Shown: positions 9,831 to 20,549, numbered from the stretch's first letter. The stretch is DNA of 64,000 bases from Rubripirellula sp. (GCA_965216875.1 OZ244207.1:5024001-5088000); one strand, 5' to 3'. The notes: a model not told the origin generated them from the sequence alone. Translations and numbers: made by a program.

Positions 9831-9859
9831 TCATCGGCACGTTACACGCGGTATCTTTG
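9831..9859 (-). promoter_or_regulatory. Candidate sigma28-like promoter for the DUF11 operon
   Basis: Minus strand CAAAG-N16-GCCGATGA resembles TAAA-N15-GCCGATAA; spacing is imperfect. Confidence 0.3.
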
Positions 9860-9881
9860 CAAAAACCGTCACAACCGGATC

Positions 9882-11000
9882 ATGAAGATCGATCGTCACA
9901 AGCCGGTCTGCGAAACAAAGGACGTGAAACTCACAGTCCTCGGGTGCCTCGTGTTGTTTCTGGCTTGCACTCTCGCCGGCTGTGGTAAGAGCTCGCAAGA
10001 CGTTGCGTCCCGCAATTCAGGTGGTCCCGAAGCCAAACGCAACCAGGTCAAAGCCCAACCAGTTTCACAAAAGACTGCTCTTGAGGTGACCGCTGCGAGT
10101 GCCGAGTTGCCGGCGGAAAAAAAATCTCCTGAAACGAACTCGCCGCGATCTGCCATAGCCTCGCCACGCTCGCAGCCTCAGGCCATCGCTCTGCTGCAAC
10201 AAGTCCTGCATCAATTTGCCAATGGCCCTGCGTTTGATGCCAAGATTCGCGAAACGGTTTGGACCAGCGGCCGTGAAGTCCGCGGTGTCGGTTCCTACAA
10301 ACAGGCGGGCGAAGGCAGCGGGCAATTCAATCTGCAAATGACGATGCATGACGGTCATGGCCAACACCGATTGCAACAAATCAGTGACGGCCGGTTGTTT
10401 TGGACGCGCAGCGAAGTGGCTGGCAAAGTCAAACTGCGTCGCGTCGACGTCAGCCGGCTCGAAGAGTGGGTTCGCAATAGCCTGACCGGTTCCGAGCTCT
10501 CACCCCGTCTGAAAATCGGCGGCTGGACCGAGATGCTCGACATGATCCAACGAGACCACACCCTGCGTGTCGATGCCGCAAGCTTGCAAGGCGAACCGGT
10601 TTGGGTGTTGACCGGAATGCTGAAACCATCGCGTCGGAAAGAGATTCTTAAAGAATCTGGCCGTTCCGAATGGCCGCAGCTCTATCCAACCAAGGTTTGC
10701 ATCGCGATTCGCTCGCAACCCGAGCCAGAGTCGGGGTTTGGTCGATTGCTACCGGCTCGGATCGAGTTTTGGAGCGATCCGGTGCAAGACGTTGCCTCGG
10801 ACGCCCCCCGCCAAGAGCGTGGGCGGCTGATCACTCTGATCGAGATTTACTCGGTCTACGCGATCAATCGGCCCGCCATCGAGCAGTTTCGATTCGAAAA
10901 CCTCGATGCCGAGGTCAACTTCACCAACGAGACCGAACGGTACGTCGAGCAATACGGTGTGGAAATCACCGATAGCCAACGCCGACTCTTGAGACGATAA
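9882..11000 (+). CDS. Hypothetical lipoprotein, possibly LolA-like fold
   Basis: LACTLAGC lipobox; QISDGRLFW motif resembles LolA-like carriers; alternative GTG start at 9924. Confidence 0.65.
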   Translation: MKIDRHKPVCETKDVKLTVLGCLVLFLACTLAGCGKSSQDVASRNSGGPEAKRNQVKAQPVSQKTALEVTAASAELPAEKKSPETNSPRSAIASPRSQPQAIALLQQVLHQFANGPAFDAKIRETVWTSGREVRGVGSYKQAGEGSGQFNLQMTMHDGHGQHRLQQISDGRLFWTRSEVAGKVKLRRVDVSRLEEWVRNSLTGSELSPRLKIGGWTEMLDMIQRDHTLRVDAASLQGEPVWVLTGMLKPSRRKEILKESGRSEWPQLYPTKVCIAIRSQPEPESGFGRLLPARIEFWSDPVQDVASDAPRQERGRLITLIEIYSVYAINRPAIEQFRFENLDAEVNFTNETERYVEQYGVEITDSQRRLLRR

Positions 11001-11094
11001 GAGATTCACAGATCTCCAGACGATTCGGCATCTCTGTGCTAATCTAGGGCCGTCGTCTTTTCTCGCCCACCGTCAGATCTCTTCTTGCGAACCG

Positions 11095-12084
11095 TTGTCC
11101 AACTCTCCTGAAACGTCTCAACCAGACAGCTCCCAATCGAGCACGCTCTACGATTGGTGTCAGCTGATTCGATTGCCCAACGTCTTTACCATCTTGGCCG
11201 ATGTCAGCGCCGCGTTTCTGCTGACCGCTCAAGGTCCGCAGCCAATCGCAAGGTTCGCTTTGATCGTTGGTGCCGGCGTGGCGCTCTATTGGGCGGGCAT
11301 GGTCTTAAACGACGTGTTTGATATCAAGCGTGATCGCGAAGAACGTCCGAAGCGGCCGATCGCCTCGGGTGCCGTCCCGCTAAGTCATGCCAAGACCGCT
11401 GGGTGGGGCTTGCTGGTGATCGGTGTTGGTTTGGCAGCGGCCAGTGGTCAGGTAGCATCGTCGGATCAACATGCGGCGACGTGGATGCCGCTGGCTGTCG
11501 CCGTCATCCTTGCGATCATGATCGTTGCTTATGACGGACCACTGAAGCGAACCCCTCTAGCACCCGCGGCGATGGGCAGTTGTCGTTTCCTCAGTTTCTT
11601 GCTCGGCGCCTCTCCCTTGATCGTCAGTCAATGGAACGAAGGGTTGCCGATACCAACCCACTTGATTGCCATCGCACTTGGCTTTGGAATCTACATTACC
11701 GGGATCACCACCATGGCTCGCAACGAAGCCACCGGTGGCCGCAGCCCACTTTTGCAACAAGGCTTGATGTTGATCATCATCGGTTGCGCGGTGTTGGCAT
11801 TCGCACCACGAACCGCCGATCAGTTTGTGTGGCACATGGATCCACTGACAAAGTTCCCGATCATGATTGGCCTGGTCGCCTTTCCCGTCATCATGCGCGG
11901 TGTCCGAGCCGTCAGCGATCCAAGCCCTGTCAAAATACAAACGACCATTCGTGTGGGCATCTTGTCGATCATTCCCTTTTCAGCTGCTTATGCATTTCTC
12001 GGCGCCGGACCTGTCTGGGGTTTGGCAGTCTTTGCTCTGGCCGTTCCTTCGCTCGCGCTGGCGAGTCGATTTCGTGTGACTTGA
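11095..12084 (+). CDS. UbiA-family prenyltransferase (EboC-like)
   Basis: LIRLPNVFT and NDVFDIKRDREERPKRPIASG motifs, YD motif, multiple TM helices. Confidence 0.88.
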   Translation: MSNSPETSQPDSSQSSTLYDWCQLIRLPNVFTILADVSAAFLLTAQGPQPIARFALIVGAGVALYWAGMVLNDVFDIKRDREERPKRPIASGAVPLSHAKTAGWGLLVIGVGLAAASGQVASSDQHAATWMPLAVAVILAIMIVAYDGPLKRTPLAPAAMGSCRFLSFLLGASPLIVSQWNEGLPIPTHLIAIALGFGIYITGITTMARNEATGGRSPLLQQGLMLIIIGCAVLAFAPRTADQFVWHMDPLTKFPIMIGLVAFPVIMRGVRAVSDPSPVKIQTTIRVGILSIIPFSAAYAFLGAGPVWGLAVFALAVPSLALASRFRVT

Positions 12085-12100
12085 GGGAACGGATAGCACC

Positions 12101-12919
12101 ATGAAGTTTGGCGGTCACCTCGGAAGCTTGCTACATCATGACCAAACCAGTGTCATCGGTGAGGTCGCCTCGATTGGTTACCAAGTGGTTGCCGTCCGCC
12201 CACGTCCGGCGCTGCTCGATCCGGCCAGTGATGCCTTCAGCAAGCAGATTCTTCAACTCGGCGAAGCAGCTCGGCAATCAGGTGTCGGCGTGGTCGTGGA
12301 CGCCGATGCGATGTTCATGCCCGACCCGCATCTGTGTGACAGCCGATCGCTTGCCGATCCATCCAAAGCGCGCCAGGCAATCGAATGGCTGAAGGTTTGG
12401 ATCAATGCAGCAGAAGATCTCAACGCCAAGTGGATTACGTTTCGCAGTGGCGTGTCCGAGGATGATGTGCACGCCGAGGAACATCTCGAGTTGCTCGCCA
12501 GTCACCTCAATGAGCTTGTCGCACATGCTCGTGGACGCGATGTCCATCTAGCGCTTCGACCACAGCATGGCGACGCGATTGCGACGGTTGCTCAATTTGA
12601 ACGGCTTGCACAATGGCTGATTGATCCGGACCCCATCCGTCTGGCCGCGGATATCGGTGAGATGTTGTTGGGACACGAAATCCCGTTGGGCGACCGTTTG
12701 GCACGGAACATCGACTCCCTTTCCTGTGTCTACCTGTGCGATCGAACGACAGGCGTGGCTTGCGATCAGCGTTTCGGCCAGGGACACGTCGCGATTTCGC
12801 GCATCGTGCAGACACTCCAGGAAAGTGGTTTTGACGGCCCCGCGATCGTGCGGGTCGATGGCCACAGCGAATGTGGCATCGATCTACTTCGCGAAGCCTG
12901 GGCGATCGTCAAGGTCTGA
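12101..12919 (+). CDS. Sugar-phosphate isomerase/epimerase-like TIM barrel, metal ligands degenerate
   Basis: Xylose-isomerase-like pattern (ADIG, FGQGHV, GFDG); position directly after the UbiA gene as in ebo-like clusters. Confidence 0.7.
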   Translation: MKFGGHLGSLLHHDQTSVIGEVASIGYQVVAVRPRPALLDPASDAFSKQILQLGEAARQSGVGVVVDADAMFMPDPHLCDSRSLADPSKARQAIEWLKVWINAAEDLNAKWITFRSGVSEDDVHAEEHLELLASHLNELVAHARGRDVHLALRPQHGDAIATVAQFERLAQWLIDPDPIRLAADIGEMLLGHEIPLGDRLARNIDSLSCVYLCDRTTGVACDQRFGQGHVAISRIVQTLQESGFDGPAIVRVDGHSECGIDLLREAWAIVKV

Positions 12920-13233
12920 GAGCGAGCCGGTTTCACGCGTGAAACCGGAAAAACCGTGATTTGCGTCTCTAAATTGCTGGACCGATCCAGGTGGACACGC
13001 CTATCATTCGGTTACCGCGGGGGCGGAAAGGACGAACCGCTTGTGAGTTCCAAAGGCGACCCCGCGTCTCACAGCGTGAAGGCGACACATTGCCTTGCCA
13101 ATGCCGGTGAGAATTCTCAGGGAAGAGTGGTGTGGTCAAGCATGACCGCAGGCATGCATGCCTAAAACCCGCGTCGTATTGATCGCGGAAAGTTTGACGA
13201 CCGACACCCCCATACCCAACCGATCAAGCGGTT

Positions 13234-13518
13234 ATGCCAGATCTCACATCCGCTCCTGTCCTGCAGACTGGCGCTTTGTTGCTGATCCTGTGCGTCTTGA
13301 TCGCTGTTGCGTTTTATCTTGTGTCAAGCTTTCGCGACTACGCCGCTCAAGACACGGAAGACGCCCAAGAGGCCCTCGCAAACTTGCAAGAAATGCACCG
13401 CAAAGGTGACATCAGCGACGAGGAATTCCGAACAATACAAGCGAACACCCATCGACAACCTGTTCGAGAGGTGGTCATCGACTCGGCACCTATGGGTGAC
13501 GAGTCACCAGAGTCCTGA
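13234..13518 (+). CDS. Small membrane protein with SHOCT-like motif
   Basis: One TM helix followed by LQEMHRKGDISDEEFRTI. Confidence 0.75.
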   Translation: MPDLTSAPVLQTGALLLILCVLIAVAFYLVSSFRDYAAQDTEDAQEALANLQEMHRKGDISDEEFRTIQANTHRQPVREVVIDSAPMGDESPES

Positions 13519-14093
13519 GTACGACCCGGAAAACGAAGGCAATCGTTTTCAGCGGTCTAGTCGTCACACGGCAACTAGGTTCGCAGCAAACGGTCTTCGA
13601 CTTGTGACGACAAACGTTGTGGCATCGTTGCTCACCCGGCAATGACTAGAACGGCCTGTCCAACTTGGTCGAGCTCAACTCCCCGGACAATGGTCGCGGA
13701 TGATCCATCGTTTTGACGCAGCAACCTTGGTGGGATAACCGTTCCGAGAACTTGCCCTCCCATATCCATGCGGGCATGCATTCGGAAACCATAAATCGTT
13801 TTTGAATTTGTTACCACGATCAGCTCGAGCTTCGAGGATACGGATGACCCTCCCGGTGATCCCGCCTCCTCAAATACCCATTTCGCCCTATTTTCGGGAC
13901 GAACGGGGTGGACGAGGCTTCGCCGGGAAATGCTTACGCATGGCGGGGATGTTCGAGTCGTGGCCCGAATCGTTTGAAAAGCGATGACTGAATCGACCTG
14001 GGTCGGTCTAAAATGGGTGGTGAGCCATACGGCTCGCAGCCACCCAAATTGGATCGCTCCGGCGCCCAGTCTTCGCAAGTCCAGGAGTCGTGT

Positions 14094-15374
14094 ATGCCCT
14101 CGAAGGATAACCCAAGCTCGCGTCGTGGAAGCTCGCCGAACAAGAAGAATGCCTTCTGTTCTTTTTGTCGCAAAAGCTACCGCGATGTCGGACCTCTGGT
14201 CGAAGGTCCCGGTGACGTCTACATCTGTGGAGAGTGTATTGAGCTTTGCCAATCCATTCTCGATCAGGAGCAGCGTAAACGTGGCCCGTCCAAGTCATTG
14301 TTCGAGGAGATTCCGTCTCCACGCAGCATTGTCGAACATCTCGATCAGTACGTGATCGGCCAATCAGCAGCCAAACGCGTTTTGGCGGTTGCCGTGCACA
14401 ATCACTACAAACGCCTTTCCAGTGAATGGGACGGCGGATCGGAAGTCGAAATCGAAAAGAGCAACATCTTGCTTGCTGGACCAACCGGCAGCGGCAAAAC
14501 TTTGTTGGCTCGATCTTTGGCTCGGATGTTGAACGTTCCGTTCGCGATCGGCGATGCAACCACGTTGACCGAAGCCGGCTATGTCGGTGAGGATGTTGAA
14601 AACCTGTTGCTCAAGCTGTTGCACGCAGCTGACTTTGACGTCGATGCCGCCCAACGGGGCATCCTCTACATCGACGAAGTCGACAAGATTGGCAAGACAA
14701 GTGCCAATGTGTCGATCACTCGTGACGTCTCTGGCGAAGGTGTGCAACAAAGCTTGCTGAAAATGCTCGAAGGGACCGTCGCGAACGTTCCACCGCAAGG
14801 TGGACGGAAGCATCCCGAACAGCAATACATCCAGATGGACACCAGCAACATTCTGTTCATCGTTGGCGGCACCTTTGTCGGCATCGAAGACATCATCCGA
14901 CAACGCCTCGGTCACAAGACTCTCGGGTTCGGCTCAGACGGTAATCAGCGTAACGAGCAATCGACAAGTGAACTGTTAACCCAGGTTCAAACCGAAGACA
15001 TTCTTCAATTCGGTTTGATCCCGGAACTGGTGGGACGTTTGCCGGTTGTCAGTTACCTGCAACCTTTGGACGAAGACGCTTTGGTACGCGTGATGAAAGA
15101 GCCCAAGAACGCTCTGACAAAGCAGTACAAAGCACTCTTCAACATGGAAAACTGTGATCTGGAATTCACTGACGACGCCTTGCACTATGTAGCCAACAAG
15201 GCTCTGGAAAAAGGTGTCGGTGCCCGCGGTCTGCGTGGCATTCTCGAAGAGATCATGCTCGACATCATGTACGACCTGCCGGAACAAGAAGAAGGCACGA
15301 TGTTCAAGATTGACGAAGAAGTGATCTCGGGATCGCAGAGTCTTTTCCAAATGCCTAAGTCCAAGAGCGCCTAG
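14094..15374 (+). CDS. clpX: ATP-dependent Clp protease ATP-binding subunit ClpX
   Basis: CSFC/CGEC zinc domain, [24 protein letters not shown] and GARGLR; AGGAG SD. Confidence 0.97.
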   Translation: MPSKDNPSSRRGSSPNKKNAFCSFCRKSYRDVGPLVEGPGDVYICGECIELCQSILDQEQRKRGPSKSLFEEIPSPRSIVEHLDQYVIGQSAAKRVLAVAVHNHYKRLSSEWDGGSEVEIEKSNILLAGPTGSGKTLLARSLARMLNVPFAIGDATTLTEAGYVGEDVENLLLKLLHAADFDVDAAQRGILYIDEVDKIGKTSANVSITRDVSGEGVQQSLLKMLEGTVANVPPQGGRKHPEQQYIQMDTSNILFIVGGTFVGIEDIIRQRLGHKTLGFGSDGNQRNEQSTSELLTQVQTEDILQFGLIPELVGRLPVVSYLQPLDEDALVRVMKEPKNALTKQYKALFNMENCDLEFTDDALHYVANKALEKGVGARGLRGILEEIMLDIMYDLPEQEEGTMFKIDEEVISGSQSLFQMPKSKSA

Positions 15375-15403
15375 TCCGCTCCTTGCTCAGCTGATTTCTT
15401 GAT

Positions 15404-15438
15404 ACGCCGAGATCGCAAGTCGATCTCGGCGTTTTTTC
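15404..15438 (+). terminator. clpX intrinsic terminator
   Basis: ACGCCGAGATCG-caagt-CGATCTCGGCGT followed by TTTTT. Confidence 0.85.
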
Positions 15439-15880
15439 GTGAGCCGAACGCGCTAGCATCGGGCCCTACACCTAACGTCGCTACGCTCGCCAGAGCGAGG
15501 TGATCGCGGAAAGCGGCACCATGAAAACCACCTTCTGGCGAAGGGTGCTACGGGCGGTGGAGGGGACGCGGAGCGTCCGAAAAGTGCGTTACCACGCGGA
15601 GCGGAGGGAGGAGGAAGGTTCGTAGTACCGAGCTTTAGCCGGAATCTTCAGGCTCCTCCGTGAGCCGAACGCGCTAGCGTCGGGCCCTACACCTAACGTC
15701 GCTACGCTCGCCAAAGCGTCGTGATCGCGGAAAGCGGCACCATGTAAACCACCTTCTGGCGAAGGTAGCTACGGGCGGTGGAGGGGACGCGGAGCGTCCG
15801 AAGACTGCGTTACCACGCGGAGCGGGGTAACGAGGACGGGGGCGGGGTAACGAGGACGGGGCGGGGTAACGAGGGACGGG
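15439..15880. repeat. Tandemly duplicated mosaic REP cassette (period 221 bp) plus three GCGGGGTAACGAGG-containing units
   Basis: Near-identical units start at 15439 and 15660 (GTGAGCCGAACGCGCTAGC...), each with families D, C and F; family E lies between them. Confidence 0.88.
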
Positions 15881-15891
15881 GTAGGCACCAC

Positions 15892-16755
15892 CTACGACTC
15901 CATCCCAAAATCCTTCTTGGCCTTCTCGTAGAACTTCGTGATATCGACCCCGCCACGGCGTTCTTCTTCCATCAACTTGATGCGGGATTCCAAACGCTCG
16001 ACACGACGCGCCAATTGTGGGATCAGCTCGTGTGTTTCGTCGGGCGGAACAGGGCGGGGCACCTCAGGGTAACCAAGATGTCGCTGCATCCCACCGAATA
16101 GGAACAATGGTTCGCGACGGCGGTTGCCAAAGGCGATTCGGCCCACCTTTTCGTCGAACAGGAACGGCCCCTTGCCTTCGGGAGATTCCCCCGCTGCTTC
16201 AAGCCGTGTCTTGTACTCCACGCTCGAAAGGAAAAGCAGGTCGGCCAGATCGACAAGCCCCACTTGGGCGCGCAACATCAGGATCCACTTCTTCCATTGG
16301 GTGTCGTAATAGGGATCGTTGCTGATCGCCGTCAGCCCTTTGTCGTAGTTGAGCCGATTGCGACACAAGGCTTCGAACTGATAGAAAAACAAACCGGCTG
16401 GCGTCGTTTCTTCGGCCCGATATTTCGCCTCGCCCTCCATGATCAACAGGGCGATTTCCATTGTGAATCGCCCCGCTTCTCGTTCCGCCTGCTCGACAAG
16501 GTAGGCCTGAAAGGGAGTGAAGTAATGGGCCAGCTTGTACATCGCCGGGAACATTTGCCCTGAATGCTTCAGCTCGGTCAGCAGATACTCCACCGCCATC
16601 GGCAAGCGAGTCGTCGCGAGCAATTCGTACTGAATCTGCTCGAGCAACTCCTGCATCGGCATTTCCTGGTCCGTCCGTTCGCGCAGCAATTGGAACAGGT
16701 AACCCTGTTCAACGTATTCAGCGCGATCGAGCGAACCGGATGGTTGGGACGCCAT
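15892..16755 (-). CDS. Hypothetical protein at the end of the fab operon
   Basis: 287-aa ORF co-oriented 42 bp after fabF; C-terminal coiled-coil-like segment. Confidence 0.8.
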   Translation of the reverse strand: MASQPSGSLDRAEYVEQGYLFQLLRERTDQEMPMQELLEQIQYELLATTRLPMAVEYLLTELKHSGQMFPAMYKLAHYFTPFQAYLVEQAEREAGRFTMEIALLIMEGEAKYRAEETTPAGLFFYQFEALCRNRLNYDKGLTAISNDPYYDTQWKKWILMLRAQVGLVDLADLLFLSSVEYKTRLEAAGESPEGKGPFLFDEKVGRIAFGNRRREPLFLFGGMQRHLGYPEVPRPVPPDETHELIPQLARRVERLESRIKLMEEERRGGVDITKFYEKAKKDFGMES

Positions 16756-16797
16756 CTCAGTCGCAGCTTTAAAGAGAAGTCAACAAGCGTGATTATC

Positions 16798-18048
16798 TCA
16801 GCGAAGTTTGCCGAGAACGATACATGCATTATGGCCGCCAAAGCCAAAGCTGTTGCTCATCGCGACGTTGACATCGGCAGTTTTTGCCGAATTCGGCGTA
16901 TAGTCCAAATCGCACTCTGGATCGGGCGTTTGGTAATTGATCGTTGGTGCGATCGTTCCGCTTTCGATTGTTTTGCAACAAATCACCGCTTCGATACCGC
17001 CACTGGCACCGAGCGAGTGCCCAAGTGCACTCTTGGTGCTGCTGATCGATACGTCTTTTGCATGTTCGCCAAAGACACGTTTGATCGCTTGCGTCTCGGC
17101 TTTGTCACCGAGTGGCGTGCTGGTGCCGTGGGCATTGATGTAGTCAACGTCCGCGGGTGTGACGCCGGCGTCATCAAGAGCCGCTTGCATCGCCGCCGAC
17201 GCGCCGGTGCCTTCGGGATCAGGTGCGGTGATGTGACCAGCGTCGCTTGTGGTTCCGTACCCAAGCACTTCCGAATAGATTCTTGCGCCGCGCGCCTGGG
17301 CATGCTCGAGTTCTTCGAAGACAAGCAAACCGGCACCTTCGCCGAGCACGAAGCCGTCGCGATCGGCGTCAAACGGCCGGCTCGCAGCAGGTGGGTCTTC
17401 GTTACGTGTCGAGAGTGCTTTCATGTTTTGGAACGCAGCCAATCCCATTCGGGTGATTGCCGCTTCTGTTCCGCCGGTGATCACCAAATCGGTTTCACCC
17501 ATCCGAATGCTACGCAGTGCATCGCCCATGGCATTGGTTGCGCTGGCACATGCCGTGGCGACGGCATAGTTGGGACCCTTGAGTCCGTATGCGATTGAGA
17601 GATTCCCGCCAGCCGCGTTGAGCATCATCTTCGGGACGGTAAAGGGGCTGACACGATCCGGGCCCTTGGTCAGCATCTTTTCAATCTGAGCTTCGATCTC
17701 CCAAAGACCGCCGATCCCCGAGCCGAGAATGACGCCGCCCTTGGTCTTGTCGACTGTATCAAAGTCGATGCTGGCGTCTTCGACAGCTTGGCCACCGGCA
17801 TGCACGGCAAACTGAGTGAAGCGATCGAGACGCTTGGCTTCACGCTTGTCGACATACTTGCTGACATCAAAGTCAGGGATGTCACCACCAAAGTGAACCT
17901 TGTATTGGGTCGTGTCGGGCTGAGAGAGTTGGTGGATGCCGCTTTCGCCAGCAATCAATTTTTCCCAGAACGTTGCTACTTCACAGGCCAAGGGTGTGAC
18001 GACACCAATTCCTGTAACCACAACTCGTCGTGAGGATCCCTGTTGCAT
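16798..18048 (-). CDS. fabF: Beta-ketoacyl-ACP synthase II
   Basis: RRVVVTGIG, TACASAT, NAHGTST, GHSLGA and SNSFGFGGHN. Confidence 0.96.
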   Translation of the reverse strand: MQQGSSRRVVVTGIGVVTPLACEVATFWEKLIAGESGIHQLSQPDTTQYKVHFGGDIPDFDVSKYVDKREAKRLDRFTQFAVHAGGQAVEDASIDFDTVDKTKGGVILGSGIGGLWEIEAQIEKMLTKGPDRVSPFTVPKMMLNAAGGNLSIAYGLKGPNYAVATACASATNAMGDALRSIRMGETDLVITGGTEAAITRMGLAAFQNMKALSTRNEDPPAASRPFDADRDGFVLGEGAGLLVFEELEHAQARGARIYSEVLGYGTTSDAGHITAPDPEGTGASAAMQAALDDAGVTPADVDYINAHGTSTPLGDKAETQAIKRVFGEHAKDVSISSTKSALGHSLGASGGIEAVICCKTIESGTIAPTINYQTPDPECDLDYTPNSAKTADVNVAMSNSFGFGGHNACIVLGKLR

Positions 18049-18242
18049 CAATACGCCTACGCTTCGACTTTGGGCGTGCTAGTTCGTTTGTCCAGAAAGA
18101 ACGGACAAATCTACCGATAAAACAAATGCCGCCCCATCAAACACCGAGTTCACCATAGAGAACTGCGGTTTTGCAAGGGCGGCAAAAAAAATGGATGGAC
18201 AGTGCGAGTGGTTTGGTCGCGATGGTTGCGGCCAAACAAGAC

Positions 18243-18488
18243 TCAGCTGTCGCCCCCTTTGGCTCGCTCGATAAAGTCGACCGCTTCGCCGACCTTTTGA
18301 ATCTTTTCAGCCGACTCATCGGGGATGCTGATATCGAATTCTTCTTCGAGCTCCATCACCAACTCTACGGTGTCCAACGAGTCGGCACCGAGGTCGTTTA
18401 CGAAGGAGGTTTCTCGAGTGATTTTGTCTTTGTCGACGCCGAGTTGTTCAGACACGATATCGATCACGCGTTCTTCGACGCTAGCCAT
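18243..18488 (-). CDS. acpP: Acyl carrier protein
   Basis: [14 protein letters not shown]. Confidence 0.97.
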   Translation of the reverse strand: MASVEERVIDIVSEQLGVDKDKITRETSFVNDLGADSLDTVELVMELEEEFDISIPDESAEKIQKVGEAVDFIERAKGGDS

Positions 18489-18651
18489 GGGCTGTCTCCA
18501 AGTATTGTCAGCAAGCTAAGTGTGATTGAATTTTGATATTTGTTCGATGGGTGCTGTCGGCCAGAAAATGTGCCGATCCCAATGCTTTCAGCCGATCAAT
18601 TCGGCCAAAGCCAAGGGTTAGAGCCCGACAACTAGATCCGCTTTCGCCGAA

Positions 18652-18681
18652 AAGATAGGTGAAACAAGCAAAACACGTCAA
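18652..18681 (-). promoter_or_regulatory. Candidate sigma70 promoter for acpP
   Basis: TTGACG-N18-TATCTT on the minus strand. Confidence 0.45.
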
Positions 18682-18825
18682 TACACCGATACCCATCGGG
18701 TTGTGCGAATCACGAACCAACAGGCAAGAAAATCACTCTCTTGCCCATGAAACTCTAATAATGCAGCCGTACACCACTGCCGGAGGGGTCGTCGCCGACT
18801 CCTCAAATGCCCCATTTTTCCGGCC

Positions 18826-19584
18826 CTAGCCGGTGATTCCACCATCCACGACGATGGTTTGGCCCGAAATGTATCCAGCATCTTTCGACGCCAAGTACAA
18901 CACAGCCGCGGCAACATCTTCGGGAGCTCCGAGGCGTTTGGCGGGAATCCGCTTTTTCGCTTCCTCGAGCACAACATCACCCATTTCTTTGGTCATGTCA
19001 CTCTCAATAAAGCCAGGGGCGACCGCGTTAACGGTCACGCCGCGATTGATCAGCTCTTTGCTGAGCGTACGAGTCAAACCGATCATCCCCGCCTTGCTGG
19101 CCGAGTAATTGGCTTGTCCGGGGTTGCCCATCAAACCTGAAATGCTGGCCATGTTAATGATCCGGCCATACTTTGCTCGACGCATGATCCCGGCGGCCGC
19201 ACGACAGCAGACGAAGCAGCTTGTGAGGTTCGTTGCGATCACCGAATCCCACTCCTCATCGGACATCCCACGCATCAACTTGTCGCGGGTGATCCCAGCA
19301 TTGTTGACCAGAATGTCGAGTCGGCCGTGGTTGTCTTTGGCACCGTTGATCGCCGCAGCCGCTGCCTCGCGGTCCGTGACGTCACAAACGACCGCTTCGG
19401 CAGTCCCGCCAGCGGCTTCGATCTCGGCCACCGTCGCCTGGATCTTCTCGGCGTTTCGAGCGACGCAGAGGACCTTGGCACCGTTGGCAGCGAGGGCCTG
19501 GGCGACGGCTTTGCCCAAACCTTGCGATGCGCCGGTGACGATCGCAACCTGATCTTTCAGATCAGCAGTAATGGAAAGTTGCAT
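18826..19584 (-). CDS. fabG: 3-oxoacyl-ACP reductase
   Basis: TGASQGLG, NNAGITRD, YSASK; operon context. Confidence 0.95.
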   Translation of the reverse strand: MQLSITADLKDQVAIVTGASQGLGKAVAQALAANGAKVLCVARNAEKIQATVAEIEAAGGTAEAVVCDVTDREAAAAAINGAKDNHGRLDILVNNAGITRDKLMRGMSDEEWDSVIATNLTSCFVCCRAAAGIMRRAKYGRIINMASISGLMGNPGQANYSASKAGMIGLTRTLSKELINRGVTVNAVAPGFIESDMTKEMGDVVLEEAKKRIPAKRLGAPEDVAAAVLYLASKDAGYISGQTIVVDGGITG

Positions 19585-19607
19585 GATGTTTCTCTTGTCT
19601 GGTTCGC

Positions 19608-20549
19608 TCAACCGTCACCGAAACCGTCGGCGGGTGTTTTGCGATTGATTCGTTTCAACGTGCCGCGTAGCACGCGTCCAGTACCCAATTCCAGAAAACC
19701 TTCGATCCCGTCGTCCATCATGTTGCGGATCGATGCTTCCCAAAGCACACGATTAACCACCTGCTTGCTAAGCAGGCTTTTGATTTCGGTCGCCGATTGA
19801 TGCGTCTTTGCATCGACGTTGCTGTACACAGGAATTCGCGTGTCAGCGATTGGCATTTCTTCGAGGGCAGCCGAAAGCTTCTCGACCGCTGGCGACATTA
19901 GCGACGTATGAAATGCCCCGGCGACGCTCAAGCGGACGACTTTCATCGCACCTTCTTCCAGCGCGATCGGCTCGAGACGACTCAGAGCCGAGAGGTGTCC
20001 CGAAACGGCAATGTTTCCAGGGCAGAGCAGGTTGGCTGGCTCAAGCACTTCGCCTTCTTCGCGAACCTGATCGCAGATTTCAGTCAATCGATCGAGATCC
20101 AAGCCAAGCACACTTGCCATGCCACTTTCGACCTGGTCGGCGGCAGCCTGCATTGCTTCGCCGCGACGACGGACCAGCTCGAGCCCGCTGGCGAAATCGA
20201 GACCACCCGCAAAACAAACCGCGGTGTACTCTCCAAGACTCAAACCTGCGACGGCTTTCACCGCAGCCATGTCGTCAGCGTTCTCTTCAGCCCAAACGGT
20301 CGCTGCGGCCATCCCCACCGTAAACAGGGCGGGCTGGCTGTATTGAGTCGCGTCGAGCTTTTCTTTGGGGCCTTCGAAACAGAGCTGGCTAAGGTCGTAA
20401 CCAAGCAGGTCGTTGGCTTGTTCAAAAAGCGCCTTCGCAGACGGATGGTTTTCGTACAACCATCGTCCCATGTTGACGTCTTGTGCACCCTGTCCGGGGA
20501 AGAGGATTCCAACCGAATCCACTCCGAGTGATTTCACGTTTCCCGACAC
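19608..20549 (-). CDS. fabD: Malonyl-CoA:ACP transacylase
   Basis: FPGQGAQ, GLSLGEY and AGAFHT. Confidence 0.95.
   Translation of the reverse strand: MSGNVKSLGVDSVGILFPGQGAQDVNMGRWLYENHPSAKALFEQANDLLGYDLSQLCFEGPKEKLDATQYSQPALFTVGMAAATVWAEENADDMAAVKAVAGLSLGEYTAVCFAGGLDFASGLELVRRRGEAMQAAADQVESGMASVLGLDLDRLTEICDQVREEGEVLEPANLLCPGNIAVSGHLSALSRLEPIALEEGAMKVVRLSVAGAFHTSLMSPAVEKLSAALEEMPIADTRIPVYSNVDAKTHQSATEIKSLLSKQVVNRVLWEASIRNMMDDGIEGFLELGTGRVLRGTLKRINRKTPADGFGDG

Noticed and set aside
13019..13034. GGGGGCGGAAAGGA resembling a tmRNA 5' end
   Set aside because: It lacks the following TTCGAC, and I saw no T-arm/CCA 3' end downstream
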